This document shows positions 13,287 to 24,937 of a stretch of 64,000 nucleotides of DNA, in pieces. Within the stretch, counting starts at the first letter, position 1. Each line of letters starts with the position of its first letter. The translations under genes and the position numbers were made by a program. The DNA lies in NCBI GenBank assembly GCA_002633005.1, contig NMRA01000028.1, positions 186,001 to 250,000 on the forward strand. Direction: 5' to 3'. Under the pieces are notes generated by a model. That model ran no database searches. It saw only the letters and a program-made list of their open reading frames with translations, and was not told the DNA's origin. Source of the stretch: Phoronis australis. Taxonomy: Eukaryota; Animalia; Phoronida.

Positions 13287-15524
13287 AGGACAATGCCACC
13301 TGATTTAATTAATCTTTTTTACTGTCTTAATCGGTCTGTGGCCAGTGCATCGGCTAGTACACGGTCGACCTTACCTTGCCGAGAGATGTCGCGTTAACCT
13401 GTGAGGAAGGTGAGAAACTCCGCAGCGATGTCAGTGGTTCTTCTGCAGAGTGAGTGCCGCCCTGGTGTGGTGTGTCAAGATTTCCCGCGTGTGCGACTAA
13501 CTATGCAGCTGTGAGGAAAGCGGGTATATCGTTTTTTTCGATTTCATCGAGAACACGAAATGCTCCGAAAGTGGCTCGCGGCAGTGAAAAATGAAAAGTA
13601 CGGCGTTCATACCAAGTACGAGGGCACGAAACATCTCCATGTCTGTGGCGGCACAATTGACAATTCATAGCTCTGAACGTACCTCTTTTTAGTAAAAGGT
13701 CTACATTCTTAAAAATTCGAGCCCTGACCCCTATATCTTAGGCTGGGTGTGAGGATGTTATATAACCTGCTTTATATTGACTTACTGGTTCATCACGCTT
13801 CTGTTTGGTCCTCTGGGTGTATGATGTTTTGGCCAGTTCTTTTTCCCAGCCCTAAAAAACGTTGTGAGCACACCTCTGTTCAGATGCAGTGCAAAATCAG
13901 GGTCTGTCAGACACATTTCTGCTTTTCCAAGAAGGCGTTTCATTTGCGGAATTTCGTGGCAACAAACACAAGCGTCAGTCGTTTCCATTAAGGTGCAGTT
14001 AGCGCACTGAAACCATGACAACTCATTGAGACAGTTTTAGGAACTATCCATGTACTCCATTGTCTGTGCACATTCGCGGCGCCTCTCTAATATTTCTTGA
14101 TCAGTGTATTCTGGTTCGAACTGATATCCTGAGAAACCTAACGATCTACCAGGGAAGTCTTCATCAGATGAGTACTCCTCCAAATCGGAATTGCGAGTTG
14201 CCATGTTGACGTTTATTACTGAGCTTTCTGTTTCAAAATGAATTATTCTCACCCTAACCAATACATATATAAAACTGAAACGAAGTCTGTCTCATTAGAT
14301 GCAATTTGTAATGCCTTTGGTGTGTTCATGAGTGCAAGTGATTTGAGAAGCCAGCAATGAATAAATCACTGCATTACCAGCTTTAGGTACAATAAAACTA
14401 TTAATTGACCAGATAATTTGCTGACAGAAACTGTTGAGAAACAATAACTCGATTTTCTATCCCACGGCTAGGTGTTAGGAGAATATTTATTTACATATAC
14501 ATAATTCAAATAATGATTGTCAATGTACAACTTCTGCCCCGACAGTTCTGTGGTCAAAGGGAACCTGAATTTGCGGCCCCGGCCCGACGAGTACGTAGAT
14601 TTGCAGTTTCGTGGCTAATTCACCAACATTATCACGTGCACATTACTTCTTTGGCTCACTAGTATAGTATTTTTTGACTTGAATTTTAGTTTCCAACTTT
14701 GGCTGGTTTATGTTCGTGATGTCTTCAGTCCGGCCACGATGGGCCTGATCGGGTTCCGAGCCACTGGCCGGGATAACGAGTCAGTCCATCCGCGATGGGC
14801 CTGATCGGGTTCCGAACCACTGGCCGGGATAACAAGCGTTTTGTGCGTTTAGAACTGAACTAAAAAAATCACAACTCTAAATAACACAGATCTAGGTTCT
14901 CCTGTCTGTATTTCACGGAAGAATACTTCAAATTTATCTCCAAACAGACCCCAAACTCCTGCTACGGACATTGGTAAATTGGCCTGCCGAACTTTGTAGG
15001 CTACTGTGTGTCCAAATCATGCGCGCACCTAGCCTACAATATGGGGGGGCTCGAATTCTCGAGGTTGTGGACCTTTTGCTAAGAAAAGGGCGGGCAGACT
15101 AAAAAAAAAAAAAAAACGGGAGCACCGGTGTCTGAATTGCGCCTTTACACATATTTAATGGACTTTTGTCCCATTTTCTAAGACTTTTTGTGTCTCAGGG
15201 GGGCAGACTTTTTTGTCCACTTCGTCAAATGGGGGGGCTCATTCGAAATATAATAACATACGGAATATTTTTAAGGGTTTTACATTGAAGTTTGATGATT
15301 TATTGGTGTTAATCGATGAATTCAAGCGATTAGCTGATACCGGTTACCCGTGTTGTGAACTGCTGAACGGACTGCGTGTGAAATCAATGACGTCATTGGA
15401 TAATTTCAACACCTCTGTCAGCCGTCAGGTGTCAGGTAATGCAACCGAACGTGCCATTATCGAGTAGAACTACTCGATCTAAACTGATACAAAATACGTT
15501 GTTTTTTTTGGGTGGCATGCTCCT
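13287..15524 (-). mobile_element. Kolobok-type DNA transposon, internally deleted copy 3 (inverted)
   Basis: TTAA|AGGACAATGCCACC ... GGTGGCATGCTCCT|TTAT. THAP remnant ~13462-13655 (+), internal ~56-bp tandem duplication at 14726-14833, secondary insertion ~15018-15245. Confidence 0.85.
13787..14204 (-). pseudogene. KolX / P2X7 ballast-like first exon, best-preserved copy
   Basis: MATRNSDLEEYSSDED...GYQFEPEYTD...*NCLNELSWFQCANCTLMETTDACVCCHEIPQ...LNRGVLTTFF. One in-frame stop (CAA in copy 1). Ends at donor gtaagt. Confidence 0.8.
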
Positions 15525-15829
15525 TTATGTGAATGGTGAGATGCCTTGAACGTCAACACAGCATTCATGTATGTAACTTTTTTCGGGGCCAAATTTATGT
15601 GAAATTAAATTTATACAGTTGAGCACTTTTGCGACAAATCTGTTTAGTTAACCCAATACCTACAGAATTAGAACTGGGCCGGGTTCAGGAAAAGCACAAT
15701 CGAGTCGCATTATAACGTACCTGTCTTTTATACATTCGATTGCTGAATACTCTTTCTACAATTCATTTTTCAGGGATACAGAACTTGTAACACATGTGTG
15801 TTTGTGGATTGCCTAACCACCAAATAACA

Positions 15830-15931
15830 ATGAAGTAATATCCCACGAGACATTATTCCGCGTATCGACCTAGGCTCGGCCTTCGGTCTCGGTCGATATG
15901 CGGAATAAAGTCAAGTGGGATATTACTTCAT
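15830..15931. repeat. ~100-bp near-perfect palindrome (hairpin)
   Basis: atgaagtaatatcccac...ttattccgcgtatcgacc [ctcggccttcggtctc] ggtcgatatgcggaataa...gtgggatattacttcat. Confidence 0.85.
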
Positions 15932-16770
15932 GTACGCCAATCGAGGCACGTTTTGTATTTATCTCATACACTTCGAATTCCTAAGTTTCTTACATTTTTT
16001 CGACAGATTTTTTAAATACTTTACCCAGACTGTTCACATGGCGGATCACATCCTACATGTATGTACTTGCGCAGTAGGTTGCAAGTTTTCTCTTGGTAAA
16101 AGAAACAGTTTTAAAGTATCAATTTATTTCTTGAAAGAGGTAACAAAGATGAAAACAACTGCAACTGTGCAGTGAACTTATAACATTTCCTGGAAATAGT
16201 CAAAAAACAACAATATTTGATATTGTAGTTTCCTAAGAATCGGCGCCTGAGTTGCAGATGATATAGTATTCAGCAATTGAAAACTGAGACATAAGTGTCA
16301 TATAATTAACAGTTTTATTCCAGATTTTACGTTTAGGGCCTAGTTGCATGTCGAATGTTAGTTACACTAGCTGCAAATGTATTACTTTAAACTATATTCG
16401 GAAAGTTTGATGATCGAACCAGCTGAAGACGTCGAGTCGACATTGACCTACCTGAACTTTCCATGTAATAGGACAGTTGAAGTAGTGCGGGAAGTGAATA
16501 CGGAAAACTTTATTACATGGCCGTATTTCCCTCGCCAGATTCAACGCGTATGGGATAAAATGTAATAAACAACCCTGCCAATCAAAGTGCAAAACTTTTT
16601 TGAAAAACTACCATTTTCAATAATGATTCCACAAATATGTAGAACATACAAAGGTAACTTAACCTGTTAAGCGAATCATAAAAATCGGTTCACTATAACT
16701 GGGTTTACGCACGTCAAAATTAAGTTGACTTCAGGTGACTGACTTATAAGGAAAGCAGTCTGCACTCAAT

Positions 16771-17071
16771 TGACCTATCGCCAGGACTGACCGACGGCTT
16801 AACTGACCAATCAGAAAGCTGGCTCCAAAATACTATTCCTCCAACACTCATTTTCTCACAGTGGCCTTTACAAATACTCACATGAACGTACGATTGTCTG
16901 CTGAAAAGCATCGCCTGTTACCTTTGTCGAAGCGTTTTCGAATAGTCCAAAAAACATTCATCGATTCCATCACGAACGTCGCTCTATGACGATGTATTTG
17001 CTTCCGACATCTTGTTTGATGGTCGGGTGTCACGTGACTTTTCGCAAGGGGGCGGAGCTTGCGATAGGTCA
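16771..17071. mobile_element. MITE with AT flanks (ISL2EU/PIF-like)
   Basis: AT|TGACCTATCGC ... GCGATAGGTCA|AT. Superfamily is inferred from the AT duplication only. Confidence 0.6.
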
Positions 17072-17224
17072 ATTAATGTGATATAAGCAACAAAAAAGAT
17101 ATAGAATGAGCTGCTGGTCTCACTGAATAATGAGGTCAATCCAGGCCAGTATTCAAGGTCAATCCAGGCCAGTATTCAACGGCAACGTAAATGACAATTT
17201 CATGTCATGGTTACTGTTTAGAAA

Positions 17225-17495
17225 ACAAATTGGCGTCATCAATGCGTTCTCTAGATATCATCCGGAAACACTCTTTTCCAAAAAAATATTGAAAAAGCCA
17301 CGCACCCTGACCCCAGGGGGCAGGTCGGATTGAAAATAGGCAGGAACCGTTCGGATGCCCTACACCCTTTTGCCAAATTTAATCAAAATCCGACCAGGGA
17401 TTTTTGAGATATCGAGCGGACAACCAGATGCTGGAACAAAGTGATGATAATATGTGCCCCGGCAGATGTATAATTTTATGTGTGGACACAAAGAA
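17225..17495 (+). repeat. Short Helentron/HINE-like repeat fragment
   Basis: Shares ccaaattt..caaaatcc...gagata and atatgtg...cataa-like end motifs with the 25-36 kb arrays. Confidence 0.45.
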
Positions 17496-19248
17496 ATTCA
17501 TGCTGCACCAAAGTAAGTGAAATAAGTCAAATCACAACCTGTAAATGTTTGTCAGTTTGACGGTCAATAACCTGCCCTCAAAGTTTCAAAATCAATAAAG
17601 TAGGTTCAAGTGCAGGTGTATGTTTACAGGTGGTTGATTATAAAAACCAAATTTTTATTCGCTCTAGGACAAATACATCATCTCAATGAATGCATCTAAG
17701 TCCCCAAACAATCTATGGTGTCATTTAGTAAAAACAGTGCCAAAAAGCTGTCACTTTTAACTTGAAGGGGGTTGGCCAAAGTTAGTCCATCCCAACAACC
17801 TTTGTTATGATATAGCAGTGACACAATGAAATATGCCTTGTTGTTGGATGGTAATTAGGGTAGTAGGTGGACAAGGTCAGCCTGCACTCTAGTGTCAGGA
17901 GCTTTACCACTGCAATGGGGTGGGAAAATCAAATAATAAATTCACATGGAAATGTTCAGCGTCTGAAATGTCTCTGAGTAACTAGAAATTGTGTGTGTTT
18001 CATATCCCTGTCAACTCTCACAATGTATGGCATATAATTTGTGTTAAGTAATGATGGCAGGTGACTCCCTTGAATTCATTATGACAAGACCAATTCTAGT
18101 GGTACCAAAGGAAATTTTGAGGCAAGTTTGCAAAAACTAAGTTATTTATTTTAATGGTTAGGACCCAACAATTTCAAACCAAACCCATACTCTCTAAAAC
18201 TGTCGCATACCATCCATTTTCCAGCATTGCTTTTTTTTCTTCGATCATTTCCTTTCACTGTAGGAAAAAATCCCTCAGATATATTATTCAAATTCTTAGC
18301 ATTTTCTTTGGAATTAGGAGTACTCACATTGCTAGTTAAGATATTGCCTTAACTGTTTTATCGAGGTATTCCCTCACCCTTTTGCTATGTACGTATTATG
18401 CGCAACTCTACTTATCATGACTATTATCACTAACGTCAATTATTATTATCATTATTATCCAACAGTTATCAACATGAGGGTCATTAGTTCCAATTTAACA
18501 ATCAATTAACTCAGATCACCTGTCATACATAAATGTCAATAAACTAAACTAACAGTAGACTAGTATCAGCCAGGCATAAAACCACAGCTTAGCCAAACAG
18601 ATAGAGCACCTGTTCTAGTGGGAACACTTCCTAGAATCCTATCTGAACTGACTTCCAAGAAACCACTAGAGCCTTAATTTGGAGCATAACACTAAAGTGA
18701 CAAGCTTGGGTCAGATTTATTAACATGGTAACTCACTGCTTATGTGTGCCCAACTATAATTTTAATACATGAACTCAAGGAAGTATTTCATGTAAAAGGC
18801 AGATGGAGACGGCAGACTATCTACAACAGATGCAGTAGTAGCCATGAACAAGAATGATAATGAGCACAATTAGTATCATTTAATCACAATAGCAAACATT
18901 GGCATGGAACTCCTTAGCATTGTGAAACCTGCAACTTTCCTTTAACCCAGTTTCAAATTCTGGTAAGCAAGACAGGCCGGCCGAGTCAACAAAAGCAAAA
19001 CGAGATTTCTTTCACACAAGGAAATTTGCAACAGATGTTTTTGCATTAATCATCACCATAAAGCAGTTTGATGACAGGACGATCGCAGAATTAATAAAAA
19101 ACAGTATGAAATTCCACTGCCTCATTAAATCTTAAATCCAAGACACAGGTGAACTTCAGGTGACACTGAACGTTGTCAAATGAAACCATGGGCTTGTTTT
19201 TGCAACAAATTACTAGATCAAGTTACTAGCCACTCAGTGCTTGAAGTG

Positions 19249-20996
19249 CAGGGATATACCCAGGTTTCAAAACCTTGCTAGCCAGCTGGGCGAGGGAGCC
19301 AGAAAATTTACTCGCCCAGCCCTAAGTTCAGTCACCCGGCCGTTTATGTACTATGTCACCACAAACTTTCTGCCAGTGTAAATAAAAATCATTGTTTCGT
19401 GTGTCGACATCACCATCTATTAGGGCTACCGTATTCGCCCTAATAAGCGCCCAAGGTGCTTAAAAAAATTCTTTTCGGAAGGCGTGCGACGCTCGTTATA
19501 GCCAAGGGCGGTTGAAACCCGGTCTCCGAAACGGGTGAAATTGGAAGCTATAGGATTCATCAAATTTATGCGCTGTGACATAGGCCTATCTGCAACTTAT
19601 GACAGACTGTCTACAAAACTGTGGTGCATTGCTATCAAACTTTGTTGTTAAATAACGATCTTTTTAAAAAAAATGTGCTGAAATCCCAGGGCGAAAACTT
19701 GCCGAATGATGTGTCGCTGCTTCGCGGTCGTCAATAGGAATTTTGAATTCTTGAGTAAAATACAGTTTCGACTCAATAAATTAACTGAAATCCTCCCTAA
19801 ACAGTGTCCCTCAGATTTTTAAGTTCCTAAGGAGTCGGGATTAACTGCAGATTGAGTCCAAATCTGCGCTACATCACACCCCGCAACACGAGAAAATCTG
19901 GACAAACACACATGTTGTTGTCACGCAAGTGACGTTTGTTTTGAAGTTAGTCTGCAGGTGTGCGCCGAGTGAGCGAGCGCGTGCGAGTCATCAGAGTTCA
20001 TTTGCCAGAGTAGCAGGCCCACATAATTACATATGTAGGCCCTAGCGCACGCTGTCTTGGCCACGTGCTCATTAACACTGGTCAAAATTCGATTCGCAGT
20101 TTTTACGCATACAAAGTAGTCTGGATTCCCGTTGAGGAAGACGATCTGTGCGGGAAAGATACAATGCAATCCCGTTGACCAGTACGCTCCGTCTCTTCTG
20201 AAAGACCTCGACCATAGTGGGACACGTTCCTCGCAAGATAGCAAAACTTTTGCATTCTTTTTGAAGCATTGCAGAAGTTTGAAGTGTACAGCCACGGCTA
20301 AATACTGACATAGCGGCGAGGCTCGTGGTCTAGAAATTCCGCGTACAATGATTTTTCAGAACTGTTGCATATTATTGATAAATTGAAGACATTACTGTAG
20401 AATTTTAGAACTGTAGGTAAGGCATTTTTCGCATATGTACACGTTCATGGACTGGGCGCTTATTTTAGCGAAGTCTGAAAACGAGTGGGGCGCTTATAAG
20501 GGGCATGGGCGCTTACTAGGACGAATGTTATAATTTATAAAATAATTTTGGCTAAAATAACATTGCACATTACAATAAGAAATCGGTTCCAAGAAATATG
20601 GCATTTCACTTGCTGTGAGCACATGGACCAGTCTTCCGCCTTTCCCCCATTTTCTTTGCTTCAGACTAGTCGACAAATTCCTTTGTGCATGACCACAGTC
20701 ACCGTGATCTTTTGTCTAGACGAATCATGTAGCGGGTGACTTGTACTGAATTGGTAGGATCGCCCTGCACCGATGCTTTTTACTGCCTGAGCATGAACAC
20801 GCTAACCAAACTGAACGTTAAATTCATGAAAAAACAAAGAGGAAAAAATTTATTCATGTTCAACTGGGAAACAATGTAGTGCTTTTGCGCTCTGAAAATT
20901 CGCTTGCCACCTGGGCGACTGGAAAGTCAACTTCTACTCGCCCAGCACCATTTTTACTCACATTAGCGACTGGTCGAATGGTTAAGTATATCCCTA
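19249..20996. mobile_element. hAT-like non-autonomous element (hosts a nested MITE)
   Basis: CAGGGATATAC ... GTATATCCCTA termini, subterminal tactcgcccagc/tgggcga motifs at both ends, flanks gaagtg/gaggtg. Confidence 0.6.
19429..20530. mobile_element. Tc1/mariner(pogo)-like MITE nested in the hAT-like element
   Basis: TA|CCGTATTCGCCCTAATAAGCGCCC ... GGGCGCTTACTAGGACGAATGTTA|TA, with repeated gggcgctta subterminal motifs. Confidence 0.65.
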
Positions 20997-21089
20997 GAGG
21001 TGGTACCTGGGAGGCATATGATAAAAATTTGGCCGAATTTCATTAACAGAAGTCAAAATGCACCGAAACATTGGTTTCTTAAAACGTTA

Positions 21090-24000
21090 CGGTAAAGTCG
21101 TGCGATTTTCGGACAGCTCGCCATTTTCGACCAAGATTAACTATTTCCAAAATGAGTTTTTCATAGTCCACGAAATTCGTACAAGGTCCAAAAACTGTTT
21201 TTCAATGATCCTCGAATTTAGGACAATGTCATAAACATCGGATTTTTGTCTCGCAAATTTCGGACAAGGAAAATTTTAGAAACGGTAATTTGGGATCGAC
21301 ACAACTCCCGTGTCACTAAAGCGTTCAACGGATGATTACTACTGCATAAGGCTTGAATCCGAGAATCGGTATAACGGGCTTTGTAATTTTTAAATTGTCT
21401 TGACGATGTCACGACCGTTACTCGACTGTCTTGTGTTTAGCTTGTGTTTGGTACTTTAGCTATGAAAAGAATCACCGAGTCCCGAAAACTTTTTCTGATG
21501 AAAATACAAATAGGAAATACACCGAAGGCTGCAACTTTTCATTGTAGCGTAACATGTGCTCTGGTTTAATTAGACAGTGCTGTTCGACTTCTGACTGTGA
21601 CACTGAACTTGCACGCCCGACATCAACTTGCGTGTTTACGAAACGTTTTTATTTTTAAAACGTCCTGGCCTTTGCAAATGCCCAACTATCGTCGGACAAT
21701 AAGTTTTGCTGCGACTTACCTGCATCCCGGCGAATAATTGAAATCTTCGTGCAGCCATTCTGGGCTTGCTTAATAATTTTGAATGGGGCAGTTAGCAAGG
21801 AATGAGCCACCACTGACAAACATTCAGTGCTAACAACGCAATTTTTGGGTTGAAACAAAAATTGTTCATTAGAAATCTGTATGCAGTTCAAACGTCTTTC
21901 GTTTTTCAGTGTCTTCTTGGTAGTGCTCATTCGTGTAATGTGTTTAGCAGTGAAAGGTCCAGCACTCAGAACGGCGTGCTGGCGCACACGCAATTGTTAC
22001 AGAGACATTGCATCCTTGCCTTATGTTGTTTAAGTGCCTATACTATAACACATATCAAAAACTAATATACATCCACGTAACCACGCTTCACTACCCTTAC
22101 AAATTCTCTGTCTCTGATAAGCATCGCAGATGCAAGACAGTGGTGGATCTAGGATATCACAAGGGGGCCCAACATTTTGTCTGAAAATATTTGTGCAAAG
22201 AACGATTAGATTTGCAGAGCACCAACTGGGGGATAGGTCAGGAGGTGGGGTTTGCCCCCTCCCACCCAGGAAAATTTTTTGTTTTTTATCTAAAAATCAA
22301 GCATTTTCCTTGATTCCTGAAGTATTATCCAAGAAAAAAGACAATGAAAAATAAAATAAAAAGACATGGAGAACGTGTCAAACATGAAACTGCAGTTATC
22401 ACAGAGTCAAACTCACGAGCTGGTGGACAAAGAGCGCATGCTTTACCACTGCACCACCACGATTTCTCTCCTAACTTGATAATAAGAGACCTACTTGTTC
22501 ATGGTCCATAGTGTTTGTGTGTGAAACCTACTTCTTTTTGTAATGCTTATTACAATTTTTATATTTTGTGCAATCAGTTTGTAACAAATTTGTTGTATTT
22601 AAAATGGATTTCAATTGCCCAAAAGACCAAATCCGTTTTTTTGTGTCGGCATAAATGACGCGATTGCTTTGAAAATCGTCTTAAGTTAATGTTTGACAAA
22701 GAGAGAATTATGAGTTTCTGAACGATTCACTAAGGCTTCGATTAAAATTTACATCTTACCGGCAGCTTCTGTTTTTTTCATCCTCACTCAGATTCCATTT
22801 TCTTTAAAAAAATGAAGTAATTTTCTTCATTGCACAGTTGAGCAGATGACGGAAACGGAGTCGTAGTCCGCAGCGTCACTGCCGGTCGCCTGGGATATCG
22901 CGGGAGAGCCTATACTTAGCCATAGTTTCGTTACGATTGAGCCGTGTTACGAATTTGACACTTGAAATTGGATCTGAGCCACCCCCCAAACACACTAAAA
23001 CTGCACACATTTAAATCTTGTTTCAGCCGTATAATGTTAATTACCAGGGTTAATTAATAAACTCAACATTTCCCTACTTTCTTGCTGTTTTATTTTTTGC
23101 GGCAGCCAAGGGAGGGGGCCCGGGCCCCCTGGGCCCCCCCTAAATCTGCCTATGCAAGAATCTCGCTAAAGAAGCTAGTGTGATCGTGTGCTTCGCTTGC
23201 AATACTTGACTATACGTCTCGAAGTCTTCAGGCCAGCGTACTCGTGAGATTCTCACCCATGCGCCTCTGGACGAAGACTAGGGTAGAGTTCAGTTAGCTG
23301 TCTTGGGAATAGAAAAATCTAGCCAAAATCACATTTTCAATTAATATACACACAATATGTCATGTAATTTCATGAATTCTTGCTTTTTAGCGAAGTCCTA
23401 GCGTTACGAGCTTTACCCCTATGTAGACCTAAAAAGATTGAATTTGCAGCGACCCAATTTTGCTTGCTCATCCACTGGTCTGTGTACTTGTGGTCATGTT
23501 CGCATGGTCAATAGGCGATGCACCACCAGAAGAAACGGCCCTGTTATCTTCCACGCAGATTATCAGCAAGTGTTAACGATTATCAGTTTCATTTCATCCA
23601 CGAACAGATTTCATAAGTCAGAGTTTTCACTGTGGTTAAAAACGTAAGCCAACCCAGATATGTTAGGTCACCTCAATTGCATGAAGACGTGCCAGTGTAT
23701 CACTGAGTTAACATCGGGCGTTTCAAAGGCTGTGGATGAGAAAGGTTTTAATTGTAAAAAACGGTTGGGTGAATTTGATGTTGGTAGCATTTGAAATTGC
23801 ATTCGCTTTCTAGACAACGCCCTTATATATACAACATATTAGTTAATCGTGTCTTCAGCTGCGCAGCACTGTACTAGTCGACGCATTCCCATCGTTTGCA
23901 GTAGGCCTAAACATATGTAGAACGACAGCGCTTCTTCAACAATTCAGATGACTACAAGAACGACGAATGGGGATGAAAGTCGATGAGAAACTACTCCTTT

Positions 24001-24937
24001 TACTATCGTGATTGTCTTTGTAATCTATTTTGGACAATTGTTCATTCGAAGTTTTAATGTTGAAACTGAGCTTTCAGTTAATATGGAAATAAACGTGTCA
24101 GAGTCAACGTGCGTTTCGGTTTGTAACCAGCAGACAATGCATGGATACATTTAACAAACATAAATATATACTATGCTCTGTTCATCACCTTCTTCATTGA
24201 ACTCAGTCCCACATCCATTACTGTTACGTTTAATGCAAAATTCATTAAAATTGAGAAGGCGCATGTTTTGATGGTCGGAAACCCTCTTTGTACGTCGAAT
24301 ACGCAAGTCCAGCTTTTTATTGGGAAACCATATTAAAAAAGCGCCTATCGAAGCCCTCTTTGTGGGTTGATATTGAGAAAACGCATTTTTACAAAAGAGA
24401 ATCAGTTGTCTGGAACGTTTCATATGCGTCAACAATGCAAACCAGACCCACTCATTGGAAAGCCCATATTTGTCACCATTAAGACTTTTTTTCACAACGC
24501 AGCCCGCTATTTCAAGTGAGATAGCACATTTTTGATAAGATTCCGTCACTTGCCGAGAACGGTTTTTGAGCATCGGCGATGCAAGCCAAATATTTCATAT
24601 TGAGAAAGCGCATCTTTGAAAAGAAGAACCAACACTTGTCGGGAACGGTCTTTATGCCTTGACAACGCACATTTCGTATTGGGAATGCCAGATTTTCAAA
24701 AATTAACCGCGCAGACCTGCACTTATACTTCTATCAAATGACCGAGCCAGCAATGTTGATACTACGACCGCTCATCGAAATTACACCCACGAAATTGGGA
24801 CACTAGCCGAAACCCAAGTTTGGATGTCCGCCAAATTCAGACACCACAAAAATGATGTTTCGCGAGATAATCGTCCAAGAATGAATTTTTTCTATTGGAA
24901 TTAATTTTCAGTGTCTGACAATCGCGTGACTTTACCG
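21090..24937. mobile_element. 3.85-kb TA-flanked TIR element (Tc1/mariner-like), no intact transposase seen
   Basis: TA|CGGTAAAGTCGTGCGATTTTCGGACA ... TGTCTGACAATCGCGTGACTTTACCG|TA (26-bp TIR, 4 mismatches). Confidence 0.75.
22138..23154. mobile_element. ~1-kb hAT-like MITE with 5-bp TSD, complete copy
   Basis: CAAGA|CAGTGGTGGATCTAGG ... CCTAAATCTGCCTATG|CAAGA. Similar to 6842-7843. Carries a tRNA-like segment at ~22400-22461 (-). Confidence 0.85.
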
